The notes under the pieces: model-generated | Databases searched by the model: none | Told to the model about the DNA's origin: nothing | Seen by the model: the letters and a program-made list of their open reading frames with translations, nothing else | DNA from: Octopus vulgaris | Taxonomy: Eukaryota | Reading direction: 5' to 3' | NCBI GenBank assembly: GCA_951406725.2 | Contig: OX597821.1 | Location: 110,422,001-110,486,000 of the forward strand | Length of the DNA: 64,000 nt | Part shown: positions 1 to 13,590 of the stretch, piece after piece | How positions within the stretch are numbered: position 1 is the stretch's first letter | Layout of the letters: the number at the start of each line of letters is the position of its first letter | Program-made: the position numbers and the translations under genes

Positions 1-117
1 ACAGGCTTCGTTCAGTTTCCATCTACCAAATCCACTCACAAGGCATTGGTGGGACTGAAGCCGGAACCATGTGGCTGGTTAGCAAACTACTTACCACACA
101 GCCACTCCTGCGCCTAT
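1..117 (-). mobile_element. SINE group A fragment (tRNA-derived head)
   Basis: Reverse complement reads AGGCGCAGGAGTGGCTGTGTGGTAAGTAG...CACATGGTTCCGG, an A-box-like head; matches the full copy at 45062-45490. Confidence 0.8.
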
Positions 118-437
118 GTATTTATTGTTAAAGACTTCATGAAATCGCATTCCAGCCTTTTCGATCTTTTTAAAGAAACAATTACAGCACATTCTCATTT
201 TCTTTGATTCTGTATACGTTATGTTGTGATATGTGTTCTTTCTTTGCCTAACATGTCTAGTTGGGAAAAAAATTTATATTTCTTTGATTTTGCATTTTGT
301 CTTTCATTGGAGAAAGGGTGCTATGTACACTCAGATAATTATTGATTTACAATCTTGATAAGGAGAGTTCGTTTGAGAGGATTCAGCCGTGTATTTCCTG
401 GTGGTCGAGGCATCTCGGGAGGTAGATCTAGGTGTAT

Positions 438-1040
438 CTATACCAACGAACACAAAAGCTCTTCGAAAGAGTTTCGTGTAACGGTATCATTCGCAATGGA
501 GTGGTGAACTACGCCGATTTCTCCCGACACCGCGAATATGACGTTGCAGTTTTTCCAACGCTGACGCTCAACAACTCGGCGAACAGGAACGCCTCGTGGG
601 GTCCGCCCAAAAGACCGCCTGATCCAAATGTTGTATCCCCATTCATCAATGAATACGCAATGGCCAGCAACCCCGTCTTTCATGATCTAATGCATGTACT
701 CAACGCTTTTCCAGAGTTCCTGGGGAATTTCTTGCATCCGGCACGTCTTCGGCCAACTTCATAGTTATCAACATCCCATCTAGAGCCCGCGAGATTGCAG
801 ACACGAAAACTGGCGGCTTTCCGGGCAATGCTGCCTTTAAGCCCCTCTTCATTTATTAAAGGGTTGCGAGTGGGTTGGCATCAATAATCACCTGAAACCT
901 GACTCGCATTCTCTCATCAACCTTAACATGGTGGGCACCACCTGAGAGCAACTGATGGCACCTTCCCAAACCGTAGGTAGGTCGCTACTACGGATCGGGC
1001 AGTACTCCTTTTAATGCCAAGTATGTCTGCCAGTTTCAGG
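438..1040 (-). pseudogene. Degraded IS630/Tc1/mariner-superfamily (DDE_3-like) transposase
   Basis: Minus-strand reading gives HTH-like LADILGIKRSTARSVV, then IIDANPLATL, and the catalytic-region motif CVFIDEWGYNIWIRRSFGRTPRG...NVIFAVSGEIGVVHH; interrupted by stops and frameshifts. Confidence 0.75.
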
Positions 1041-1044
1041 TAAA

Positions 1045-1330
1045 CAGTAGTGTTCTGTATTAAGTTGTGTGTTCATATTTAGTTGGGGAAGATATTTATT
1101 GATGAAAATTGCCACTTTATTCAATCTTTGTTGCATTGAGGTGTTCTGTGAACATTGATAGAAGGGGAAGATTTGGAAATTAGGATTAAGTTTCCTAGCA
1201 CACCTTTCTATGTGTTCACTAAGCTGTAATAATCTGTATTGTGGGTGGCGGATTTTTTCTTTGTGGATGGTGGTTCTTCGACGGAGTGATATTCCTGTTT
1301 GTCCAACTTAATACAGAACGCTACTAACCC
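1045..1330 (-). mobile_element. Penelope-like element GIY-YIG endonuclease C-terminal relic with an inverted terminal piece
   Basis: Minus strand reads TGISLRRRTTIHKEKIRHPQYRLLQLSEHIERCARKLNPNFQIFPFYQC...RLNKVAIFINKYLPQLN, homologous to ORF 32793-33356; about 1046-1066 is an inverted copy of about 1304-1324. Confidence 0.8.
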
Positions 1331-1679
1331 TTTAATTAACACCACTAACCCCTATAAATTCCTTACACCATTCACAGTACAATTCTATATCTAACCTAAA
1401 TGCAAAAAATCCAGAACTACTTACATCCCTTACAAATAAGCTTTTTACTCAGAAACTATTAGACCTGACACCGTTCATTAGCCGGTGTTCATTCAAAGCA
1501 TGATAATGACTTTTATGACTTTTATTACTACCTCAGTCCATCTAAATGTATATATCTGTTGTTACCTTTCATAAAACGCCTTTCCATTTTTTATTTACAA
1601 TGTGCATTTTCGTTGATTTTTCTTATTTTCCCGTTACATTTCCACGTGTATTTTCTATTTTCTATTTGTAACATATTTC

Positions 1680-1737
<58 letters not shown>

Positions 1738-1879
1738 GTGTGCATATATATGTATGTGTGTGTGAGTGTGAGTAATTGTGCGTGGAGGAAATATATTCGT
1801 GTGTATATATATCTGTATGTGTATACACGTCCTCTCGTTGTTGTGTTTTCTCTTTATGTTTTTATGTTTGGATTAACTT

Positions 1880-1977
<98 letters not shown>

Positions 1978-2153
1978 TATTGATGTGTGTGGTTTGTACA
2001 CAGTTATCCCAAAACAAAAGACACTCATTTGGAAATCATCCAATATTATTATGCAGAATTCAAAATTCATTTCATAAATGAATACTCGACAATAACTTTG
2101 AAGTTTCGCTGGTCATCGGTTTATGTAGACTGTGAGATTAATTATTGTAGTCA

Positions 2154-2516
2154 CTAGCCACATACTTAAAGCCCGCGTATGCGTGAGAAGTAGACAAAAT
2201 TTACGAGTGGAATTTAAACGAAGTGCAATCCTGCTGTCTTAATTTGCGGATTGTAGCATTCAAAAATTTGATATAAAAATAATTAGTAATATGTTATGTT
2301 TGGCGCAGGAGAAAGCCGTAGTAAAAGAATAGATGTAGAAGAAAAGGTAGAAGGATTTATTTATAAAGAAAATTATTGTGTACTTTTCTGTTTAGACATT
2401 TAGACGCCAATGTCCGTTACTGACCAAATCTCTATCTGCTAAGTGCTCAGTGTGAGGTTTGTTTTGACCGAAGTAGGTCATGCGTAAATCACTGTTCAGT
2501 TATTAATATGATAGGA
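2154..2516 (-). mobile_element. Possible non-autonomous Helitron
   Basis: Minus strand starts A|TCCTATCATATTAATAA and ends with an imperfect GC hairpin (CACGCATACGCGGG) followed by CTAG|T. Confidence 0.45.
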
Positions 2517-2599
2517 TCAAATATGATATCTGGTTATGATATACATACATACATACATATATATATATACATACATACATTCACACACATATATATATA

Positions 2600-2706
<107 letters not shown>

Positions 2707-2954
2707 TAATAAATGAAATAAAACATATGCATATATATAAACATATATGTACGTACCTACCTCTACATGTACATATACACGCATATATGAGTACAGGACA
2801 CCAAAGGGACGTCGAACACAAAGAGAAACGAAAACATAGACACAAACCAAAGGAACTGGACATATATATATATATATAGAAATAATTAGGCAAATAAGCA
2901 AATAAACCTCAAAGGGTAGACATATTAAATACACATACATATATACATGTAAAT

Positions 2955-3617
2955 CATAGGTTCTCTAAGTGGACGCTACCGCCCCTCCCCCCTCCTCAGT
3001 AGGCGTTAAGACGGTCCAAGTGGACACTGGTGCCTAAGGGGGTGGTGAGGATGGTGTGTTAGAGAAAAAGAAGGCGTTGGGAGGAAGAGAGTAAATTGGG
3101 GGTCGATATTAATTTATAATATTATCATAGTATTGTATACAAATAGTGAAGGTACATGGCTCAGTGGTTAGAGCGTCGAGCTTACGATCGCGAGGTTGTG
3201 AGTTCGAATCCCGGACTGGGCTGCGTGCTGTGTTCTTGAGCAAGACACTTTATTTCTCGTTGCTCCAGTTCACTCAGCTGTAGAAATGAGTTGCGACGTC
3301 GCAGGTGCCAAGCTGTATCGTCCTTTGCCTTTCCCTTGGATAACATTGGTGGCGTGGAGAGTAGAGGTCGGTATGCATGGGCGACTGCTAGTCTTCCATA
3401 AAAACAACCTTGCTCGGACTTGTGCCTGGGAGGGTAACTTTCTTGGTGCAATCCCACGGTCATTCATGACCCAAGGGGATCTCAGTATTCAAATTATATA
3501 ATATATTAAATATCAAATGATTCATAGTATATATATATTAGTAAAATATAAAATATTTATTTATACATGAAAATAGTGACCTTGAAAATAGTGGCCCAAA
3601 ATGTTTGAGAACCTCTG
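2955..3617. mobile_element. hAT-like MITE interrupted by a SINE
   Basis: Imperfect TIRs CATAGGTTCTCTAA and TTTGAGAACCTCTG; no clean 8-bp TSD seen. Confidence 0.4.
3148..3482 (+). mobile_element. SINE group B (tRNA head, tail type 1)
   Basis: A box TGGCTCAGTGG, B box AGTTCGAATCC, central TTGAGCAAGACACTT...CTCAGCTG block; inverse copy at 28865-29197. Confidence 0.85.
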
Positions 3618-4752
3618 TAAATAGAGAGAATAGAAAAAAGGAAAATATTCAGACGATGTATATTCATGTATAAATATATAGATATTTATGTATTAGTCGA
3701 GCAAACCTACACAAAATAATACAAAGGCGCAGAAAATTAAGGAGAGAAGGTGTAGTTTTACAGGTCCGACAGCTGTTTCTGGAGGCTCGGACTTACTTCA
3801 TAATGTTGGCAGATGTAGTTCTCAGAAAATCAAAGATATGTAACCAACTGTGAAAGCGTATGAATATTAGGTAAATCTGGCCTTTTTCTTCAGGATGGAG
3901 AGATAGGCCAGATACCGTGTGGTTGGGAAGTAAACTTCTTACCACTCACGCGCACGCACACATACAGACACGTGCAGAAATATAGACATACAGATAGAGA
4001 GAAAAGGGAGAAAATGGAGGAGGGAAAGAGAGGGGGAGAAAGAAACATTATACATACATACAAGCATAACGAAAATCTCATACGCATAAACAAAGAGAAA
4101 TAGAGAGGAAGAGAGAGAGAGAGAGAGAAAGGGGGCGGGGGGGGAAATGAGAATCATCAAAATATCTGATGTCAAATCAGTGAGGCCGTTTGACAGCGTT
4201 GAATCAATGAGACCATTCATGAAACAGCGCCAAAACGGCGATGCCAAAACGTCTCATAGCCATAAATACATATCAAACGTCGTGTTTCAAAAGCAAAGCT
4301 AAAATAAAAATGGCGACAGCATTTAATGTGTGTATGGCTCTGATTGACTAAAATTATTAGAAATGTCAAACTTTAAAGTTCTTAAAAACGAAACCGTAAA
4401 ATTTCTGGCTTTCTGTCTCATTGTCCTTTGTTTTGTGATTGGCATGGAAAAAAACTAGAAGGAATTTTCAATAAAATCGAGACTAGTATAACAAAACAAT
4501 ATCTGTGTGTGTGTAAAGATATATATATATATATATAGGTTATAAGAGATAATGGTGTCAGTAAGACCCAAAGGTGTCAGGTAATACTGAGTAAGTGCTA
4601 TGGATAGACTAGAGTTAAAACTCCAGGTTCGGTGATTATGCGAATGAGTCTAACGTAGGTTATATATCAACGTGTGCATATATACATTCTTTTTCAGAAT
4701 GAGATAAAAAAAAACAAGACTGTGAAGATTTTAGAACATTTATAAATATAAG

Positions 4753-4800
4753 GTCTTACAGCTGTTTCAAGGATATTTATTATAACCCTTCATCGGAAAC
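4753..4800 (-). ncRNA. Minimal type I hammerhead ribozyme (CCGAUGA variant) in a PLE-like repeat
   Basis: Minus strand reads GTTT-CCGATGA-AGGG...CCTT-GAAAC-AGCT-GTA-AGAC: stem I GTTT/AGAC, palindromic loop 3 AGCT, GUA cleavage triplet. Confidence 0.65.
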
Positions 4801-4922
4801 GGTGCGAGAAATGGTTAAGCAGTAGTTATTTTAGATAAGATACGAAATAGAGATTGAAGTGGAGGAATGAAAATAGATGAGATATACAGGGATATTGCAT
4901 TTGTAATAATGGATCTATGTAT

Positions 4923-4973
<51 letters not shown>

Positions 4974-5048
4974 AATGATTTGAGGGAATATTATTCCTAA
5001 CTTACAGGGAAATATTCAATTTAGAAATACTAAATCAAATTTCACAAA

Positions 5049-5091
<43 letters not shown>

Positions 5092-5968
5092 TAGCAAAAA
5101 ACCACCTTTTATCAATTCAAAATGAACAAATAAATTACACCATCTAGAAAATTACATATAATAGAAATATTAAAATTAAAATAACAATTATATACCGAAG
5201 ATATATATATATATATATATATGAGAATTCATGAGCATCTTCGCGAATTAAACGAGGCTGTGTTCTCCAAATGGAGGCGAACACTTACTCCATGTGATCG
5301 GCTTGAAATATTGTTAAGACACTGAGATATTTTCCTACTTTTCTTCGCATGAAACCAATGGTAGCCTTAATTCACAAATAAAGAAATTATATCCGCCAAT
5401 GCAACGTTGAGCACTCATTTTCATCGTTCAACATTTAGTTATATATATGTGGGGGTGTATGCAGGCACTTTAATCGTAATCTCCCTTTTGTGTTTGCATT
5501 TTGTTATTTTGTAGCCTTCTTCATATATGTATAGTTGTCGCCGTTGTCAGCTTGTATCTTTGTCTTACTACAATCTGTTTCAGCAAGCGTATTTCACACG
5601 TATATCTTCATTACATTACATTGTAGTACTTCATTCATTTCATAGTCTCTATACTGTCTATAAAGCTTATATTTATGTATCATCTGGCTTGCCGAATTTC
5701 AATTCTAGTAAGTAGATGTGTGTATACAAGAATTTTATTTCGACTTCATTTAACGATCAGCCATGCTTTTATAAGGTTTGCTCCTAATGTGAGCAGTCAA
5801 CGAACTCATAGACAAAGAACGAAATTAAATATGACAAATAACAGTGTGTCTATTTGTGTGTATGTGTGTGTGTACGTGTGTGTGTGTGTGTATGTTTGCT
5901 TGTGTGTCCGTGTATGTGTGATCGCATTCATATCTGTATATACAAATATATATTAAAAATATACATGC

Positions 5969-6026
<58 letters not shown>

Positions 6027-6119
6027 CTATGTATCTGTCCATAAATATGTGTGTGTGAGTGTGTGTGTGTGTGTGCTCGCGTTCATATATATATATGTAT
6101 ATATATATATATGTATATA

Positions 6120-6209
<90 letters not shown>

Positions 6210-6990
6210 AAGGTATACAAATATATATATCAAGAATATCCATGCCTATATATTTCTCTGTGTGTGTGTGTGTGTGTGTGTGTAAATTTCTTGTATTTGC
6301 TTCTCAAGTATCTTGGTATGAAATCATATATTTAGCAACATACAATGTGATATCAAGAAGTTCACGGACAAGTTCTGTAGCGCGCTAACAGATTTACAAA
6401 GCAAAACAAAAGACGAAGTCAGGTATATGAACAACAATCAGATGTATTAGTTTGACGCACGGGAAAGTGAGAAATTCTTTTACGTTTCGATCCTACGCTC
6501 TTCAACAGAAAGGAATAATGGAAAATAAACAGAGAGAGAATAAAAAAAAAAACTTGTGAGTAATTAAGGGTACTAACAGGCAGTACCAGCATGCTAAAAT
6601 AGCAGTCAAAATGACCAAACCACAAGTTTTCACTTAAGCACAAAGGTGAAGGCGGGCAATTAAACAAAATCCCTAGAACCCTGTACCAATGACGAAAAGG
6701 ATCGAAAATTGAAAAAAGTTTGACCTACCCGTATCACCGTGAAAATACCCTTAGTTCGTCTTCAGGTTAAAGAGCTTGTTCATCTCAACCAACGTGTGCG
6801 ATACTCGTTTTTAATGCCGCAGCAAATTTAAAAAGGTGATCCAAGTGAATAAAAATCGTGTAAATACATATAAGGATGACTGCTATAAGTTTTACTGTTA
6901 TTTTAATAATTAAGTACCCTTAATTATTAATCGATAATTTTACGTTTCGGGTTTTTACGCTTGCTAAGCCACTGATATTATTATAAACAG

Positions 6991-7065
<75 letters not shown>

Positions 7066-7117
7066 AAAATATTAGGGAAAAATCAGATTTAGGATTGAAT
7101 CCAATTTTATAGTAAAA

Positions 7118-7364
7118 TATTATATTATATTAAATTAGAGATAAAACCACTATTAGGCAAATCAAACAATGAAAAACTTAAGTCAATACATAAAATTAAT
7201 TAATTTATATTATTTTAAATATATATCAAATCATTATCTTATATTAATCTATTAATACTTTTGATATATATTTAAAATAATATAAATTAATTAATTTTAT
7301 GTATTGGCTTAAGTTTTTCATTGTTTGATTTGCCTAATAGTGGTTTTATCTCTAATTTAATATA

Positions 7365-7372
<8 letters not shown>
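7118..7372. repeat. Fold-back inverted repeat (about 110-bp arms) between (TA)n tracts
   Basis: ...GAGATAAAACCACTATTAGGCAAATC... is mirrored by ...GATTTGCCTAATAGTGGTTTTATCTC...; loop about 30 bp. Confidence 0.85.
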
Positions 7373-7419
<47 letters not shown>

Positions 7420-7422
<3 letters not shown>

Positions 7423-7740
7423 TTTATTCTTTTTTACTTATTTCAGTCACATGACAGAAACAAGTAAAAGCAAGTCGACCCTAGGATTTAATCTTTGTAA
7501 GCCTAGTACTTATTCTATCGGTCTCTTTTGCCGAACCGCTAGGTTACGGAACGTAAACACAACAGCATCGGTTGTCAAGCGATGTTGGGGGGTACAAACA
7601 CACACGCATATATATACATGTACATATAAACGACGAGTTTCTTTCAGTTTCCGTCTACCACATCCACTAACAAGGCTTTGGTCGGCCCGAAGCTATAGTA
7701 GAAGACACTTGCCCAAGGTGCCACGCAGTGGGACTGAACA
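7420..7740 (-). mobile_element. SINE group A, 5'-truncated
   Basis: Shares CTTATTCTATCGGTCTC...GCCCAAGGTGCCACGCAGTGGGACTGAAC with 45062-45490. Confidence 0.8.
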
Positions 7741-7763
7741 ACACCGGCTACACATTCACACAC

Positions 7764-7819
<56 letters not shown>

Positions 7820-7820
<1 letters not shown>

Positions 7821-8214
7821 TAGCAGTATCGCCCGGCGTTGCTCGGGTTTGTAAGGGAAATAATTATATAAGCATTTTTAGAGATGTAAAGTATAATAGC
7901 CATCTCAATATGGCTAACCACAAAGGGGGAGGGGTGTTACTGTAGCTTTTTACGTTCTGAGATTTAATAATAAATTTTAGAGAGTTACTTCCCTTATATA
8001 TGTCAAAAATGGATTAAAAATGGGAAAAATTGATGGTAAATTTTTTTTTAAATCGTAGACTCATCGTAGACGCGCGCTAATACCCAGACGGTCTCGATAT
8101 GAATCACGACTATAAGATACCCGGTTTTGGTTAAACTGCACCGCAAAATGTGGGAGTAGTTAGGAATCTAAATCGTAGGAGACAGACACACAACCTCACT
8201 TTTATATATAAAGA
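7820..8214 (-). mobile_element. Non-autonomous Helitron, full length
   Basis: Minus strand has 5' TCTTTATATATAAAA, a subterminal hairpin CCCGAGCAACGCCGGG and 3' CTAG; inserted between A and T with no TSD. Confidence 0.85.
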
Positions 8215-8399
8215 TTTCCTCTATTTACATAATATTGAGGTCTCTTTCTTTCTTTTGTTATCTTACTGTTTTTACCAATATACATATATATATATATATA
8301 AATATATACATAGTTACAGAGATGTACTTGCATAGCAAGTGACTTGATCTGAGATCGTGTGCTGGAACGAAAACAGTTGCAGCGTTGAAGGTGTTTATA

Positions 8400-8612
8400 A
8401 GCCAGTTAAGAAACACACAAAAACCGTTAGATTCACTTCAACATTTAAATTTAATTTGTCAAAATATTTTCGTCGCTTTGAGACCGCGACCTGTTAGCAC
8501 GATATTTTTGTCAGTGAACAGGTCGCGGTCTCAAAGCGACGAAAATATTTTGGCAAATTAAATTTAAATGTTGAAGTGAATGTAACGGTTTTTGTGTGTT
8601 TCTTAAATGGCT
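8400..8612. repeat. Fold-back inverted repeat (about 95-bp arms) with a hammerhead-like motif at the apex
   Basis: Arms 8400-8495 and 8517-8612 are near-perfect reverse complements. Confidence 0.85.
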
Positions 8613-8979
8613 GCAATATATATATACACACATATATATATATGTATGTATGTATGTGTGTATATGTGTATGCATGTATGTGTGTGTGTGTGTGCGTGTC
8701 TGTGCTTGTGATTGTCCTCCACCACTGCTTGACAACGAATGTTGGTTTGTTTACATCCCTGTCACCTAGTGGTTTGACAAAGGAAACAGATAGAATAAGT
8801 ACAATGCTTACAAAAATAAAACTGGAGTTGATTCATTAAACTACAATTCTTCAAGGCATTGCCCCAGCATGGCCACAGACCAATGGATGGAAAAAGCAGA
8901 AGAATAAAAGAATACATTCTCTGCTTTGGTCTTATGTTCAAGGCATGAGAAAGCTTGAGTTTACATGAGAAGGCCTAAC

Positions 8980-9352
8980 AGACCTGGTAGAAACAGCAGC
9001 CAAATCTCCCTCAAATCACACCTTACTGTCTTATGTATGTATATATATATGAGCCAATGAGGGGGACCTCTACATGGTAGCTAGACCTGGTAGAAATAGC
9101 AGCCAAATTTCCCCCAAATCACACCTTACTGTCTTATCTATGTATATATGTATGTATGAGCCTATGAGGGAGACCCCTACATGGCAGCTAGACCTGGTAG
9201 AAATAGCAGCCAAATTTCCCCCAAATCACACCTTACTGTCTTATCTATGTATATATGTATGTATGAGCCTATGAGGGAGACCCCTACATGGCAGCTAGAC
9301 ATGGTAGAAATAGCAGCCAAATCTCCCTCAAATCACACCTTACTGTCTTATC
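8980..9352 (+). repeat. Tandem repeat, 107-bp unit, about 3.5 copies
   Basis: AGACCTGGTAGAAATAGCAGCCAAAT...CACACCTTACTGTCTTAT recurs; equivalent ORF starts at 9074, 9181 and 9288 give the period. Confidence 0.9.
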
Positions 9353-9369
9353 TTTCTGCTACTTGGATA

Positions 9370-9864
9370 TAGGTGTTATATTCGTCGTAAAAAACTTTCC
9401 TGTCACACACTCACGCACACACACACACACACACACACGCACCCTCACACACACACACACACGCGCACACCCACACACACCCACTCACACACACGCACGT
9501 TAGCTTACAATTTTATTTATATATTTGCGTGTCTATGTGTTGAAAGAGGAAGTGGGAGGCAGAGTGAAAGAATCACTCACTACAGTAAGTCAATTACTTT
9601 CATTTTATTCGTTGCCCACTGTGTGTGTGCGTTTGCGTGTGGTGTAAACCAGACTAAGAAAAGCATTTGACACACACACCAGAATGTGAGTTTTCTGTAA
9701 ATTTTGCTTAATTGGAGTTTAAATTTTAAAAACTGGACCGGGCATGACGCGATGCATTGTACTCTTAAAAATGCAAGGTAAATTGTAATTGAAGAAATCC
9801 TATATTGTAGATTTGTATAACTCCCAAAGGGAGGCAGATAAAATCTGCCTTTTATAATAAGAGA
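9370..9864 (-). mobile_element. Helitron-like non-autonomous element, 3'-truncated
   Basis: Minus strand begins A|TCTCTTATTATAAAAGGCAG, like the 7820-8214 5' end, and has an internal (CA)n; no 3' CTAG found. Confidence 0.5.
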
Positions 9865-9951
9865 TATATATGAACTTACTTGGAAACGGATGCGTGGCTT
9901 TCAATCAAATAATAATATAAATAAAAAAATATATATGCATATATGTACATA

Positions 9952-10000
<49 letters not shown>

Positions 10001-10001
<1 letters not shown>

Positions 10002-10093
10002 TTTATTTAAAGCAGCAGAAAATTCAACATAACCTGTTACTCTGAGTTTCACGTTGTTGAATTTTGTTGAATTTTCTGCTGCTTTAAATAAAG
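10001..10093. repeat. Short fold-back next to (TA)n with a hammerhead 3' half in the loop
   Basis: CTTTATTTAAAGCAGCAGAAAATTCAAC is mirrored at 10066-10093; the loop minus strand contains GAAAC-TCAGA-GTA. Confidence 0.7.
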
Positions 10094-10162
10094 CATATTA
10101 CTCTACCACTGGTATTTGAGTACTCTTTTTTCCACCTTGTTTCACATTTATGTGTTTACTCC

Positions 10163-10221
<59 letters not shown>

Positions 10222-10812
10222 GCATATACATATGCATATACGGGTACAGGACGTCACCAACAGTAAACAACATAAAATACGAAAACAAATTAGTTCAATA
10301 CGCAAACAACGAGAGGAGCGAATGGAAAACAGGACAAGTAACACTAAGAACGACTTTTCATCAGTTGTCAACTTTCTATCTACTCTTCATTTCGAGTATC
10401 CGAAATAGATATACGACGGGCTTCTATGAGTTTCCGTCTACCAGATCCACTCACAGGGCTTTATTCGGCCCGGGGCTATAGTAGAAGACACTTTCTCCAT
10501 GTGCCACACAGCGGGACGGAACCCGGAACCAAGTGGCTGAGACGTAAGACGGCTTACCACACGGCCTCATACATATAATGTGCATGCGTGTATGTGTTCG
10601 CTATGCGTCGTTTCGTTTCTTTTTGCTGTGCAGAGACGGCATCCTAAGTTCAGTGGCTTTTCGTATTAAGCTGTCTGTCTGTATTTTCGTCAGCATCTCC
10701 AAGTAAGCACCACTAAAACTGTATAATTTCATACGGTTGACAACAACTCTTATATAATGACCTCACGCATGCGCAAACACACATTCAGTCACATTATCAC
10801 TATAAAACTTAA

Positions 10813-10852
<40 letters not shown>

Positions 10853-11844
10853 AGCTTATTTATTTATATATGTGTCGGAAGTAATAGTATTTGAATTATA
10901 CCTGCGTTAAACACCATTTATTTACTTATATATTATCCAAACATTTCCACCTAAACCCGAAGTTTCTACCTTTAAAACAAGGAGTTACAACCTCTTTACT
11001 TATGTGATTTTTTGCTACCCTGGTAACTATTTATATATTTTTTCCGTGTTAATTGTTAACAAGGGAAAAATACACTTATCTACACACACACACACACACA
11101 CATATATATAAATATATGTATAATATAATATAATATAAAAACTTCATCGCCATTTTTTGGGAGGTCTCGGTGCTTTCTCTTTATTTTATGTATATAAAAA
11201 AAAAAGCTTACACCTTTTACGTTCTTATAAATTACTTTGGATACTAAGAGATAATCCTACTTGTGTATTCTGGAAAGCATCTGGTTCTTCACTGTTTTAC
11301 TTTCATTTCTATCATTATTTTTTATATTTATATTCTCGTTTATGCTTAGAAGAGAAATAAGCAAATCTGCTTTACCTATTGCACTCACTCTTTATCCGTT
11401 TCCTCCTCCTGTCCCTCATGTAAGCCAGATGCTTTCTATGCAGTTTACGTTTGGAAAATAGCAAAAATATAACAACGTAAGCTCTGGATTATCGCCAGTA
11501 TCTGTTGTAAATGAATTCTCAACATGGCGCAGCATCAACAACAGCAACAACAACTGCAGCAGCAGCAACAGCAGCAGCAGCAACAGCAGCAGCAGCAGAG
11601 AGCAACAACAACAACAGCTGCAACGGCAACAATAACAACAGTGCTCTGCATTGTTTCTTGAAGAGGCAAGGAGCTTGAAATTTTGTGAGTGTGGAGTTAC
11701 TCGATAACATAGAGCCCTCCCCAACACCTCTACCCTTTCCCTAGTATCTGTCTGGTACTTTACTTTATCGACCCCGATGCAATGAAAAGCATAGTTGACC
11801 TTTAGAACAGGAAAATTCGTCTGGCATAGTTGACCTTCAGAACG

Positions 11845-12848
<1,004 letters not shown>

Positions 12849-12876
12849 AATAATAATAATAATAATAATAATAATG

Positions 12877-12918
<42 letters not shown>

Positions 12919-13533
12919 GTAACAACAATAATGATAATCCTGGAGGCACTTGAACCCGACTTTTGAGGGGAGAGGATTAGTCGATAACATCAACCCCAGT
13001 ACTTGACTCGTACTTATTTTGTCGACCTCGAAAGGATAAAAGTTAAAATCAACTTCAGCAGTAGTCGAACCCAGGATGCAATGAGTCGGAAGAAATGCTG
13101 AGTTGCTAACGATTCTACCACTTCGCCGCCTTCAATGATAATAATGAATTCTGCATGGAAGAGAAAGAAAGAAAAACTGAACTCTATATATAAGTATATG
13201 AAATATGAAGCATTTCCATACAAAAATAAAAATGTCGACTTATGCTTGAAGCACTTAACAATAAAATGATTCTATCATGGCCGTCAGTTTCTATCTTTGC
13301 TTTGCAGATTTTTTTTTTGTTTTAGCTTTTAGTAGCAGTTATTGGTATAGAAAGGAACGGGATTTGTGTGTGTGTGTGGGGGTGTAAAAGAGTGAGAGAG
13401 AGAGAAAGAGAAAGAAAGACAGAACAGAAATAAAATGATACAAAATGAAATCCTAAGAATGATAACGTGTGTGAAAAAGCGATTCATGCGGAACAGATAT
13501 ATATTTATGCGTATATGTATGTGTATACGTATG

Positions 13534-13590
<57 letters not shown>

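Noticed and set aside
8980-9352. CRISPR-like regularly spaced repeats
   Set aside because: The spacers are themselves identical, so this is a plain tandem repeat; the context is eukaryotic with no cas genes.
11519-11640. CAG/CAA tract suggestive of a polyQ exon
   Set aside because: No extended ORF or splice context; neighbours are SINE and LINE relics.
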